This document shows positions 1-10,207 of a stretch of DNA of 64,000 nucleotides, piece after piece. Location: contig CAWJYV010000010.1 in NCBI GenBank assembly GCA_963847185.1, forward strand, positions 608,001-672,000, written 5' to 3'. The translations under genes and the position numbers were made by a program. The DNA comes from an uncultured Methanosarcinaceae archaeon. GTDB taxonomy: Archaea > Halobacteriota > Methanosarcinia > Methanosarcinales > Methanosarcinaceae. How positions within the stretch are numbered: position 1 is the stretch's first letter; each line of letters starts with the position of its first letter. The notes under the pieces are model-generated. The model saw only the letters and a program-made list of their open reading frames with translations, did not search any database and was not told where the DNA came from.

Positions 1-629
1 GCAGGACAGCCGCCAATATTGATAACCGGTGTATTGATTCCAAGCAGGTCTACAATCCCTTTTGATGAGTCTTCCATAGTAAATGCAATCCCTCGGGGAT
101 CCAGAAGTTCAGCTATATCACTCTTAGCAGCGTTCACCCCACTGTTAGTTGCACACTGCCCGATTGCAACAATTACTGAGGCATTTTTCGCAGCTTTCGC
201 GTAAATATCCTTATAGGGCCTGCCCCCGTACATAAGATATTTCCCGGAGCCTTGAGGCCCGTTCGCGACTGCTCCTTCAGAGACTAGAACGTAACCTGTT
301 TCCTTTTCCAGAATCTCATCCAGCAGAATCTCAGAGTTCAGTTCACTGGTATTTGCAAGCTTTCCATCTACGAAAATGCCCTGCTGCATCATTAAAACTT
401 CATGATAGAGCAGTTTGAGATTATAAACCTGAAGAAACTCTACGATATCAGGTGATCCTCCGTCCAGCATTGATATGGTGCAGCCACTATCCATTACTCC
501 GTGAAGCCATACTACTTTAGTTTCCGAAAGTTGAAGGGCTTTTGCTATATCGCTTTTATATGTATGCAAAAAAAGAGAGGCCCCAAGAGCCCCAACAGCT
601 TTAATAAAAGTCCGTCGATCCATTTTCAT
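1..629 (-). CDS. vhxG: [NiFe]-hydrogenase small subunit paralog (Vhx-type), Tat signal; 3' end runs off the window
   Basis: Manual translation: MKMDRRTFIKAVGALG (twin-Arg) ... WLHGVMDSGCTISMLDGG ... NTSELNSEILL ... GQCATNSG ... VINIGGCPA, collinear with VhtG at 5298-6453. Absent from the ORF track because it has no stop in the window. The frame is open a little further upstream, so the start is uncertain. Confidence 0.85.
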   Translation of the reverse strand, partial: MKMDRRTFIKAVGALGASLFLHTYKSDIAKALQLSETKVVWLHGVMDSGCTISMLDGGSPDIVEFLQVYNLKLLYHEVLMMQQGIFVDGKLANTSELNSEILLDEILEKETGYVLVSEGAVANGPQGSGKYLMYGGRPYKDIYAKAAKNASVIVAIGQCATNSGVNAAKSDIAELLDPRGIAFTMEDSSKGIVDLLGINTPVINIGGCP

Positions 630-971
630 AAAATCGAGATTTTTAAACTTTTCAAGTAAGTCCTCGTTACTCGTTCCACTCCCCCCACAATTATAATTAT
701 TTTTATACTATAATATGTATAATATAAGCATTAAGATATTAAAAGACTATCACAATCTCTATTGATCTGACTTTTAATAAATTTTAATTCCTTTAATTTT
801 TCAGGCAACCTGATTACATTCTAAATAAATATGTTTTTTATAAAAATTTATATATTTTGATGCCTTTCTTTATTTATCTAAATTTCAAGGCTATATGGGC
901 TTGTTATAGAATCTTAATAGTAAAGACTGCACATTTTGAGCAAAAAATTTTGCAGCAGATGGGGAGAGAAT

Positions 972-1904
972 ATGTCTATTGGGGAAGGTCACGATTTGAA
1001 ATCGTCTAGATTTGCAGGCGATGATGTTCTGGAAGCCTGCTATGCCAATGAAAGATCCCTTCGCAAAGGCGATAGTGGTCCTGCAGTACAGAAAGTTCAG
1101 CAGGCTCTAATATTTTTGGGTTTTCCTGTACCCGTAGTTGGAGCCAATGGTATATTTGGTGATGAAACCGTACTAGCTGTCCTGAGCTATCAGGAGGCTC
1201 GAGGACTGAAGGTTGATGGTATAGTAGGATCAGAAACTATAGGGAGTCTGGATGAAGAATTCCACACGGGACCGCTAGCAGAGCATTTAGTTTCATCATC
1301 AACAGAACCGCAGGTATCGCATGTTCCAGCTCCATTAGTGCCTGAATCTCCAGTTAAGTCGCCAAGAATGTCTCCAATTTCACCACCAAATGCACCTGAG
1401 GCGCCTGAAGTCCCGCCAGTAGAGGCACCTGGTGTTCCTACTGTAGAGAGGCCTGCAGTTAAAATACCTCAACCTCCGGTTCCACCGGTAGCGGAACCTC
1501 CAATTTTAGCAACGCAGACAGTTCCGCCTGAACAAAAACCGCTTCATGTAACCAGACCCATAACTCCACCTATAACTGCACTGCCTGAGACGATTGATAG
1601 TAAAGGGCGGAAATTTCATTCTGCAGGAACCCGGAGTGGGAGTAGTTCTTCTTTTGAGGCTGAAGCTGGAAAATCAGTGCGTCTTGAAGTAAGGAACCTA
1701 AATGTCAAGGAGTCAAGCATCACGATAAAGACAAATATAGGGGAAGCAAAGGAATCCGTACTTTTACCTGACACCCTTGTAGATTTTGAATTCTCTGCAA
1801 TAGAAGAGCCCTTTATATGGAGATTTTACATCGAAACCGACAGCGAAGACTCTTTAATCGAGTGGAAACTTTATAGCAACTGGGTTCCGGGAAAATCCGA
1901 GTAA
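972..1904 (+). CDS. Peptidoglycan-binding (PG_binding_1-like) domain protein with Pro-rich linker and C-terminal beta-rich domain
   Basis: LRKGDSGPAVQKVQQAL...GANGIFGDETVLAV...YQEARGLKVDGIVGSET matches the PGBD signature; long P/E/V-rich linker; ATG at 972 after GGGGAG. Confidence 0.8.
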   Translation: MSIGEGHDLKSSRFAGDDVLEACYANERSLRKGDSGPAVQKVQQALIFLGFPVPVVGANGIFGDETVLAVLSYQEARGLKVDGIVGSETIGSLDEEFHTGPLAEHLVSSSTEPQVSHVPAPLVPESPVKSPRMSPISPPNAPEAPEVPPVEAPGVPTVERPAVKIPQPPVPPVAEPPILATQTVPPEQKPLHVTRPITPPITALPETIDSKGRKFHSAGTRSGSSSSFEAEAGKSVRLEVRNLNVKESSITIKTNIGEAKESVLLPDTLVDFEFSAIEEPFIWRFYIETDSEDSLIEWKLYSNWVPGKSE

Positions 1905-2123
1905 ATATATGAGAGAAAAAACCGAATTAACAGAGAAAAAGTTTCAAATTTCCTGCTCAATGCGCTCTTCAAGGACCATATTTACCGCATTAAAAGTTGT
2001 ATAAAGACCAGACAGAAAGAAAAATTAGGAAAAAGCGAATCAAAAATCTGAATAGAATAAATAAATGGTAGGGGAACCAGGTAAAAATAGAAGGAAATCG
2101 AAACAAAATAAGTTTCAAGATAA

Positions 2124-2609
2124 TTAAAGTGAGGAAGAAACTTCTTCCCTGATAATCCTCATGGCTTTCTCCACGCCTTTAAGGACGTCTGGACTGATTT
2201 CCTGCGTAGCTTCCATGACAAGCGACCCAATTTCAATCCCAATGATCACGATTTCCGGAAGCGATTGGATCTGTTCCCCTATTTTCAATACATCTGTAAT
2301 TGTCAGGTCGTGTACCGAAACAAGAGGATGAAACTCGGTGCCATCCAATAATTCCTTCCCTTCTATACGATGTACGGAACCTGGAGGGCTGTCTGCCAGA
2401 ATAGCGTCTACTATAATGACCTTCCTGGCACCATCGAGAAGATTTAAAAGATCAAGCCCGCAGACCCCCGCATCTTCAATATCAAGATCTTTGAGGTCTT
2501 TAAGTTCGGTTTTGTGGAGAGCCTCAATGACTTTGAGGCCTACACCATCATTTCCCATTAATGGGCTTCCGCATCCCAGGATACGGACTGGAGCATGTAA
2601 TATAGACAT
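2124..2609 (-). CDS. vhtD: Hydrogenase maturation endopeptidase
   Basis: ILGCGSPLMGNDGVG, IIVDA and SVHD motifs; last gene of the vht operon. Confidence 0.92.
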   Translation of the reverse strand: MSILHAPVRILGCGSPLMGNDGVGLKVIEALHKTELKDLKDLDIEDAGVCGLDLLNLLDGARKVIIVDAILADSPPGSVHRIEGKELLDGTEFHPLVSVHDLTITDVLKIGEQIQSLPEIVIIGIEIGSLVMEATQEISPDVLKGVEKAMRIIREEVSSSL

Positions 2610-2704
2610 GTTCTCACTTGATTAAAAGGCGTATGGATTTTTTGAACATGCCTATACTACCTTTTCCAGTTATGATTTTTTCTTTAATAATTTTTTAGTA
2701 GTTT

Positions 2705-3487
2705 TTAGTGCTTGTGTTCTTTCTTAGCCTTAGCATCAAACCTTGAATATTTCTCTATATACTCTGAATAGTTAGTATCTGAGAGATCTTCTTTTCCTGA
2801 CCAGAAGATAGCTTTGTAGTACTTCCAGACATGAGGGTCAAACTCCAGAATACCTACATGCACTACAAGTTCAAAGACAAACCAGTAGGTCAGTAGCAGG
2901 TGAAGAGCCCTGAGAAACTGCAAGGAGGTCATGTCGAATATAGGCGCAATAAGTCCTCCTGCAGATAAGATCCATGATCCTATAGGGAGGCCTAAAAGCG
3001 ACCAGTCAAGCTTGTAAAGGACAATGCCTGAGACCGCAATAAGGAAGATAGCTGTACCTTCAAGCACAATCAGGACCTTCATTACAGGGTGAAGTTTGGT
3101 CTCATAGTGGCCTTTTTCTTCATCATAGATGGAAAATGCAGGGTATCGACCTTTCCTGAAGAAGTTTTTAATTATACCGCCCAGACGAGTTGCATCTTTA
3201 GGACCAAAAATATAATGGTCCGTAAAGTGTGAAATTTTCCCCAGTACCCCGTGGCCTTCGGAAAAAATGTTGTAAGGGATAAGGATCCAGTTCACTGCAA
3301 GCAGGAACGGAACCATTATCATGTGAAGGGCACGGGCAGTATGGAAACTCATAAAGTCCCATCCCGCATAGATCTTTAACCCTGTGATGATGAGCACTAT
3401 CATCGCAATAGCATGGACGGTATGAGCTATCCTGTCTGTTACGGTATAGCGCTCAACAACCATTGACCGGTTGTTTTTAGATTTCAT
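2705..3487 (-). CDS. vhtC: Methanophenazine-reducing hydrogenase cytochrome b subunit
   Basis: Multiple TM helices with heme-ligand His (RIAHTVH, RALH, RALHLL, VVHVG); follows vhtA. Confidence 0.92.
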   Translation of the reverse strand: MKSKNNRSMVVERYTVTDRIAHTVHAIAMIVLIITGLKIYAGWDFMSFHTARALHMIMVPFLLAVNWILIPYNIFSEGHGVLGKISHFTDHYIFGPKDATRLGGIIKNFFRKGRYPAFSIYDEEKGHYETKLHPVMKVLIVLEGTAIFLIAVSGIVLYKLDWSLLGLPIGSWILSAGGLIAPIFDMTSLQFLRALHLLLTYWFVFELVVHVGILEFDPHVWKYYKAIFWSGKEDLSDTNYSEYIEKYSRFDAKAKKEHKH

Positions 3488-3514
3488 TGTGGGTCATCTC
3501 CTTGTACTATATAC

Positions 3515-5290
3515 TTAGAGTATTCTTAGAGTATTTGGAGCGCGTTTCCCGGTCAGGTCAATGGTGTGGACTGCACATGAAATGCAAGGATCATAGGACC
3601 TACCCATATGGAAGATACCGACCGGATTGGTATAATCGACAGCTCCGACTGGGTTGATTTTTGAACCAATGAGAGACTGTTCGAGCGGACCAGGGATGCC
3701 ATTGCTGTCTCTTGGGGACATTAACCAGGTACCTGGAACTATGGCCTGATAGTTGGAAACCTTTCCATCACTGCCAGCAGAGATCCAGTGACCAAGTGCT
3801 CCACGAGGTGCTTCCCATAGACCCATTCCCTGATTATTTTTAGCTGTATTAAGGTCTATAGGCACGGAAATCTTGCCTCCGGGCGTATAGTCAACTGTTA
3901 CCCAGTTGAGAAGTTCATACGCAAGAATTGCCATTTCCTGCATACGGGCCAGCATTCTGGTGTAAACATTAGCTGCAGAGTAGCCTTTTGCATTGAATGT
4001 CTGAGCCAGACCGGTTACGAGCGGCTCTTTTATATTTAGCATGCGTGCAAGAGGCCCGACTTCACCTGGAACTCCGTCGTATCTCGGAGCCTTGTCCCAG
4101 CTGTACTGGCTATCCGAACCTTCTGTGTAGACGATTTTCTTTGGATCCGTAAACGGAACGGTTTCACCTTTTGTTGGTGCGAAGTCGTTGGCACTGTTCT
4201 GGTAGAAGGCGTGAGCAGTGCTTTCCGTAATTTTATCCGGATCAAAGTTCTGATATTCGAGCTTTCCTGATACTACACCTGAAGTGAAAATACGGTCTCC
4301 TGCCGGGCTCTTCGGATCGTATCCGTCTTTGGGCTTGAAGTATCCACCGTATGAAAGGAAGCAGATCTTTGAGGGGTCTTTGTACCCACCTATTGTATCA
4401 TTTTTAAGGCTTGCTGGAAGGCCAAGAAGTGTTTCTCCTACAAGTTCTGAACCAAAAGCTGCATAGAATTCCACATCTCCCCAACCTGCGTCTTTGGAGA
4501 AGTCATTGGAAGTAGTTGCTTTGTCAACAAGTCCCTGGAGGTGTTCGACCACGAAGCTTACTGCTTTTTCCGGAGAGCTTGCCTTATAGGTATTTTCAAT
4601 CCAGGTATCGAATGGAACTTTCAGAGTATGTTTGGATACGAAGTCCATGACCTGCAGATAGTAAGTGGAGAGTTTGGTTATATCTGCAACAGTAGCCGGG
4701 TAGGTATATCCACCTGGATAAAGGGATGAAGGACCAGGCATTCTTCCTGCAATAAGTGCAATGGCTTCCTGAAGGCGTTTCTTTTCAGGAATTGCTGCCA
4801 TATATGAACTTCCTGCAGGTATAGCCGCTCCATCCATCTTGTAGCTGATTGGGGCAAACCTTCCAACCATCTCTTTCCAGACAGCGTTTCCGGTGTCTCC
4901 AAGTGTTGTAAGGACATTTCTGTACGCTGGGTTTGCAAGGTCAGGGCCAAAGAGGACGTATATATGAGTTGCGTGGCTTGCAACCATGTTCAGGCCCTGG
5001 AAAATATTCCTCATTACAAGAGCATCTTTTGGAACGTGCTCAGCCACGCCATAAAGATCGTCAAGAGCATTTGTGGCTGTCATTCCATGAGCAATTGGGC
5101 AGACACCACAAATTCTCTGGGTAAGAAAAGCTGCGTCTCTTGGATCCTGGTGCTGCAGAATGCGTTCAAAACCCCTGAATATAAGGGAAGATGACTGGGC
5201 ATCGGTAATAACACCGTTAGCATCTACTTCAGTGGAGATACGCTGGTGGCCTTCAATTCTGGTTAAGGGATCAACTGTAACGTTTACCAT
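3515..5290 (-). CDS. vhtA: [NiFe]-hydrogenase large subunit
   Basis: [10 protein letters not shown]1 RICGVC, EAPRG, L2 DPCISCAVH and a cleavable C-terminal tail. Confidence 0.96.
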   Translation of the reverse strand: MVNVTVDPLTRIEGHQRISTEVDANGVITDAQSSSLIFRGFERILQHQDPRDAAFLTQRICGVCPIAHGMTATNALDDLYGVAEHVPKDALVMRNIFQGLNMVASHATHIYVLFGPDLANPAYRNVLTTLGDTGNAVWKEMVGRFAPISYKMDGAAIPAGSSYMAAIPEKKRLQEAIALIAGRMPGPSSLYPGGYTYPATVADITKLSTYYLQVMDFVSKHTLKVPFDTWIENTYKASSPEKAVSFVVEHLQGLVDKATTSNDFSKDAGWGDVEFYAAFGSELVGETLLGLPASLKNDTIGGYKDPSKICFLSYGGYFKPKDGYDPKSPAGDRIFTSGVVSGKLEYQNFDPDKITESTAHAFYQNSANDFAPTKGETVPFTDPKKIVYTEGSDSQYSWDKAPRYDGVPGEVGPLARMLNIKEPLVTGLAQTFNAKGYSAANVYTRMLARMQEMAILAYELLNWVTVDYTPGGKISVPIDLNTAKNNQGMGLWEAPRGALGHWISAGSDGKVSNYQAIVPGTWLMSPRDSNGIPGPLEQSLIGSKINPVGAVDYTNPVGIFHMGRSYDPCISCAVHTIDLTGKRAPNTLRIL

Positions 5291-5297
5291 TTTTCAC

Positions 5298-6453
5298 TCA
5301 CTCTCCTTTTCCCATTCTCCTTACAGCATGTACGCCGGCAGCAACTGCAGCTGCACCGACTGCGACCTTGGACACGGTATCGATGTTCGCTCCAAGAAGC
5401 ACTCCCTTATCTTCAGCTTCGACATAAAGAGGTCTTGAACCATCAGGGAAGTCAGGCTCCACACAGGCTATGCAGGGGCCGCCTGCCTGGGTACACATGC
5501 TGACTGAGCCGTTCCACCTGCGGATTCCACAGTCTGCATGGGCGTAAGGAGCTTTGCATCCGAGTTTCCACAAGCATCCTGGCCCGCCAATCTCTTCATC
5601 GAGCTCTCCGCGGTCATAGTATCCGCGGCGGGGACAGTTGTCATGCACAGTGTGATCCGGGGGGAAAAAGACCTTTGGTCTGCCGTATTCGTCAAGAGCG
5701 GCGGGAAGATCGTCAGGAACCTTTATTTTTCCAAGGATTACTGCACCTAAGGTAAGAAGAATCCAGTCAGGGTGAGCTGGACAACCCGGAATGTTGATTA
5801 CGGGCTTATCGATGCCAAGTTCTTTAAGCATGCCTTTTGATGCATCGGTTTTTGAAAATGCCACTCCTCTATAGTCGGTGTCCTTGGCAACATCGCTTTC
5901 TGCATTGGTAATTCCTCCCCAGCAGGCACAGGCTCCGACTGCAACGATAGCTACTGGCATTCTTTGCAGCCTCTGCAAGGGTTTCCTTGAAAGTCTTGTT
6001 TCCAATAACCAGGTAGCGTCCTGAACCATCCGGACCGTTCGGAATTGAGCCTTCAACGACCAGGATATACTTACCCTCTTTATAAAGTTCTTCAAGGAGG
6101 ATCTCGGAGTTAAGCTCGGAAGTATTTACAAGCTTACCATCATTCCAGATTCCCTGCTGTGCACAAAGAGTCTCGTGGAAAGCAAGGTTGACATTGAGCT
6201 TGGTAAGAGCCTGTGCAATGTCAGGGTTGCCTCCATTTAAGACAGATTCGGAACAGCCAGTGCATTCAGAACCATGGAGCCAAACAAGCTTTGTCTCTGG
6301 AAACTCAAGCGCATTTACGATTTCAGTCTGGTAGTTGGTTAAGAAAGCGGTTGCTCCAACTGCACCTACTACCTTCATGAAAGTGCGTCGGTCCATTTTT
6401 AAAAAATCCACACTATCCAGTGTACGGACAAGATTTGTCATTCCAGTACTCAT
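5298..6453 (-). pseudogene. vhtG: Hydrogenase small subunit, split by a +1 frameshift near 5951-5956 (real or sequencing error)
   Basis: ORF 5869-6462 holds the Tat motif RRTFMK and ECTGC; ORF 5298-6095 holds GACACWGG, IPGCPAHP, HDNCPRR, CLWKLGCK and the TM anchor. Removing one base in AATGCCAGTAGCTATC joins them. Confidence 0.88.
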
Positions 6454-7425
6454 CTCTACCACATCTTAATTTTACCCAAATTTATATAGTTAAAAAGTTT
6501 TTAATTAAAATGTTTTAATAAATATATAAACACACGTATAAATATATCACTAATGTTTTTCAATGAGGGAATAGTATTTAAGGTTTTTTACTTGTAATCA
6601 TAAATATATTAGTTGGGCAAGGAAATTCTGTTATTGTATACATTATTATAATTATATTATTATATATCATCAGATTTAATGTTGTCTTGTTTGTCCTGCA
6701 TTCGTCTTTGTCGCATATGTCTAAACTCCAGATTTCAGGCAAACTTTCAGGAAAAAATCAATTTTGAAGCAGGTTGATTCTAAAATTAACGTCTATTCAT
6801 AAATCAAATGTTGGATTTTAAATATATTTGAGGCCTGGAATAAAAATAAACTGATTTAAGGAGTCGTATTCTGTTAAAGTCAATAGCGTATCTTTACATG
6901 ATATGTTAAAGTAATGATATTTGGGTACTACTCGTTCATGATTTTTAGAAAATGTTATATTCAAAATTTAAGCAGAATTGATTTAAAACATCCCTTTAAA
7001 GGGTTATAAATTCCTAAATAAACATTTTTAAATTCTCTGGATGAAATTAAAAAACAAAAAGGTTATAAAATAGGACTATAAAATTGAAAAAAACAATTTT
7101 TCGAAAAAATCTACTATTAAGGATCTAGAATTCAATTTATGTTTTTAAACATGCATTTTTCTATTAGCAGAACTAAAGGAAGGAAAAAGTGGCAGTTAAA
7201 ACTAAGAAAATAAGAGAGGGAAATATAATAATAAAGAAAGAAATATATAATACTATAAGAAGTAAATATATTACAGTAGAAATTGACTACATAATGAAGC
7301 AGGAGAACAGGGTTAAGGTTTTTTCCCTCGTCAGAGAGAAAAAAGTCAGAAGAATCAGAGGCTTTTTGCTTTGAATCAGAGGCTTTTTACTTTCTTGGGC
7401 TTCAATATATATATTTCTTGAATAA

Positions 7426-7529
7426 TTTCTTGAAAATATATTTTTCTGTAAATTTGAAAATATTTCTGAAAAATACATCTGTAAATTTGAAGATATTTCT
7501 TGAAAATATATTCAGTAAATCCGAAAATA
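7426..7529. repeat. Three imperfect ~33-37 bp direct repeats upstream of hypC
   Basis: tttcttgaaaatatatttttctgtaaatttgaaaata / tttctgaaaaatacatctgtaaatttgaagata / tttcttgaaaatatattcagtaaatccgaaaata. Confidence 0.6.
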
Positions 7530-7618
7530 ATTCCTGCAATACTATTCGAATTCGGAAACTAATCTATGATTAATTGTTATAACTTGATCATATTTTAAAA
7601 GAAAACATTAGAGGTAAC

Positions 7619-7870
7619 ATGTGTATCGCTATTCCTGGTAAAGTTAAAGCTATTGTGGATGAGAATACTGCGACTATTGATATGGGTGGGATCTGTAGAG
7701 ATGTGAATATGGGGCTTATGGGAGGCGCAAATGAGTCTATGATAGGAAAACACTTCCTTGTCCATGTAGGATATGCAATATCCGAAATCTCAGAAGAAGA
7801 AAGTGAAGAAACCATGCGCCTTCTCAGGATAGTGGCTGGTCTTGATGAACCAGACTCTCTCGAAAGTTGA
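7619..7870 (+). CDS. hypC: Hydrogenase maturation chaperone HypC
   Basis: N-terminal MCIAIPG and LVHVGYAI. Confidence 0.95.
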   Translation: MCIAIPGKVKAIVDENTATIDMGGICRDVNMGLMGGANESMIGKHFLVHVGYAISEISEEESEETMRLLRIVAGLDEPDSLES

Positions 7871-7896
7871 TCTCCCTTAACTGGACGTTGATAATA

Positions 7897-9015
7897 ATGG
7901 AAAACGGGAATTCTCCTCCAAAGCCAGCGGTTCCGGAACTGGAAAAAAAGCTTCTGGAAAGAATCAGAAACTCGAAGGTACCGCTTCGAATAATGCATGT
8001 CTGTGGAACGCATGAGAGAACCATAGCAAAATACGGACTAAGAAGTGTACTTCCTGAAAAGATAGAAGTAATAAGCGGCCCCGGCTGTCCGGTCTGTGTC
8101 ACTCCTGAAGAAGATGTTAATGTTGCAATTGCCCTTGCTAAAAGCGGAGCGACTGTTGTAACCTTCGGAGATATGATGCGAGTTCCGGGTTCTGCAGAAA
8201 GTTTGCTGGACGCAAAGTCTGACGGAGCAGACGTAAGGATGGTATACAGCATTGATGATGCAATTGCCATTGCAGAAAAAAAGCCGGAACTTGACGTAGT
8301 TTTTTTCGGGATAGGTTTTGAGACAACAGTCCCTGCAAATGCGGCAGCCCTCTTGAGAGATCTCCCGGAAAACTTCAGCCTCCTAGCCTCTCAAAAGCAA
8401 ACTCCTCCTGCAATTAATCTTCTTGCCAGTGATGCAGACGTTGATGCTTTCATAGCTCCCGGGCATGTGGCTACTATTATAGGTACAAGACCTTTCGAAC
8501 CTCTTGCAGAAAAGGGATTTCCTGTTGTAGTGAGCGGGTTTGAGGCCATAGACATCCTTCTTGGAATAAGCCTTCTACAGATGCAGGTAGAAGAAGGGGT
8601 CGCAAGGGTCGATAATGGTTACCCGAGAGCTGTGAAAACCGAAGGTAACCAGATTGCTCTGAAGATAATGGACAGAGTATTCGAGACTTCAGACTCCGAA
8701 TGGAGAGGTATCGGAAGAATAGAGGCTTCAGGACTTATTCTCAGGAAAGAATTCGAAGAAAGAGATGCGGCAAAGAAATATGAAGATCTCTACACCTCCG
8801 CCCTTGAGGACATTCGAAAGAAAGCCGAAGGAAAAGATAAAAAACGCTGTATCTGTGCAGCCATTCTTACAGGAAAAGCAAAGCCTCCACAATGTCCGAA
8901 CTTCGGGAAGAACTGCACTCCAAAGAGTCCTTCAGGTCCCTGTATGGTCAGCCAGGAAGGCATGTGCTACAACTGGTTTAAGTACTCTAGAGAAGGAGGT
9001 AGCAAACTTGCATGA
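7897..9015 (+). CDS. hypD: Hydrogenase maturation protein HypD
   Basis: MHVCGTHE, GPGCPVC, GFETT, APGHV and C-terminal Fe-S Cys motifs; ATG at 7897. Confidence 0.95.
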   Translation: MENGNSPPKPAVPELEKKLLERIRNSKVPLRIMHVCGTHERTIAKYGLRSVLPEKIEVISGPGCPVCVTPEEDVNVAIALAKSGATVVTFGDMMRVPGSAESLLDAKSDGADVRMVYSIDDAIAIAEKKPELDVVFFGIGFETTVPANAAALLRDLPENFSLLASQKQTPPAINLLASDADVDAFIAPGHVATIIGTRPFEPLAEKGFPVVVSGFEAIDILLGISLLQMQVEEGVARVDNGYPRAVKTEGNQIALKIMDRVFETSDSEWRGIGRIEASGLILRKEFEERDAAKKYEDLYTSALEDIRKKAEGKDKKRCICAAILTGKAKPPQCPNFGKNCTPKSPSGPCMVSQEGMCYNWFKYSREGGSKLA

Positions 9016-9499
9016 ACTCTCCATTGCCTGTGAGATCTTTGAGCAGGTAATATCTACTGCTAAAACTCATGGAGCCCTTGAAGTCAAACATGTAACCCTT
9101 CAGATAGGAAGATTATCTCATACAAATCCTGAACAGCTGAGCTTCTGTTTTAAGGCTATTGCAGTGGAAAGTATTGCAGAAAATGCTGATTTTGTTGTAG
9201 AAATGGTGCCTCCATCTATTGAATGCGAATGTGGATACACGGGAGCTATTGACGAAAAGCAGATACGGGAAAGCAGTGGACTTACAAGTGAACTTCTTGT
9301 TTATATAGCTGCTATGGACTGCCCTATCTGCGGAAAACAGGCACATATAACAGGCGGCAGAGAACTAATTATTAAAAGCATTGAAATTGAAACGGAACAG
9401 AAGATCGTACAGCAGATAGTAATAATAAGTAATTCTCCAAGTGATGTTTATGTTGATGCATGTAATCCATATGGGACACGACGTCTTCAAAGCAAATGA
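9008..9499 (+). CDS. hypA: Nickel metallochaperone HypA with an atypical C-terminal extension overlapping hypB
   Basis: TTG start giving MHELSIA after GGAGG; CECG and CPICG Zn motifs; GGRELIIKSIEIE. Confidence 0.9.
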   Translation: MHELSIACEIFEQVISTAKTHGALEVKHVTLQIGRLSHTNPEQLSFCFKAIAVESIAENADFVVEMVPPSIECECGYTGAIDEKQIRESSGLTSELLVYIAAMDCPICGKQAHITGGRELIIKSIEIETEQKIVQQIVIISNSPSDVYVDACNPYGTRRLQSK

Positions 9500-10115
9500 T
9501 AAAATTGCTGAAAAAAACAGAAAGAAACTTGACAAATATAATGTCTTCTCAGTAAATGTTATGGGGGCAATAGGCTCAGGGAAGACTACTCTTATAGAAG
9601 AGGCGATCAAGCACCTTAAAGACAAGTACAAAATAGCTGTGATCGCAGGCGACGTGATCGCAGAAATGGATGCTTCCCGTTTCCAAAAACTCGGGGTGCC
9701 TACAATTCCTGTAAATACTGGAAAGGAGTGTCACCTGGATGCAAAGCTGGTGGAAAAAGCTCTTGATGAAATCGACCTTGATAATACTGATCTCCTGCTA
9801 ATTGAAAACGTAGGCAACCTTATTTGTCCTGTAGACTTCAAACTGGGGGAACACCTGAGAGTTGTGGCCGTGAGTGTCACAGAAGGAGACGACATTATCC
9901 TTAAGCACCCCATGATTTTCAAGACTGCAGAACTTGCAATCATAAACAAAGTTGATATTGCCCATGCAGTTGATGTCGATGAAGAAAAAATGCGAGACGA
10001 TATTCTTTCCTTAAACCCTGATGTGCCTGTCCTCCTGACTTCGAAACATGACTGGGAAAGTCTTGAAACCTGGATTGGCTTCATCGAGCTTGGACTAAAG
10101 AAAATGCAGAAATAA
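9450..10115 (+). CDS. hypB: Nickel-insertion GTPase HypB
   Basis: GAIGSGKTT, TGKECHLDA, ENVGNLICP, NKVD. Confidence 0.95.
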   Translation: MLMHVIHMGHDVFKANDKIAEKNRKKLDKYNVFSVNVMGAIGSGKTTLIEEAIKHLKDKYKIAVIAGDVIAEMDASRFQKLGVPTIPVNTGKECHLDAKLVEKALDEIDLDNTDLLLIENVGNLICPVDFKLGEHLRVVAVSVTEGDDIILKHPMIFKTAELAIINKVDIAHAVDVDEEKMRDDILSLNPDVPVLLTSKHDWESLETWIGFIELGLKKMQK

Positions 10116-10207
10116 AAAAATGGACTTTTAACCCTATTTAGGCTTATAAAGTCTTTAGTCTATAATATGATTAATTTAAAGCAATAAGCGGACAAAAGGA
10201 GCCTTAA

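Noticed and set aside
8765-9007. N-terminal extension of HypA in the ORF track
   Set aside because: Lies inside hypD; the canonical MHE start is the TTG at 9008 with an RBS.
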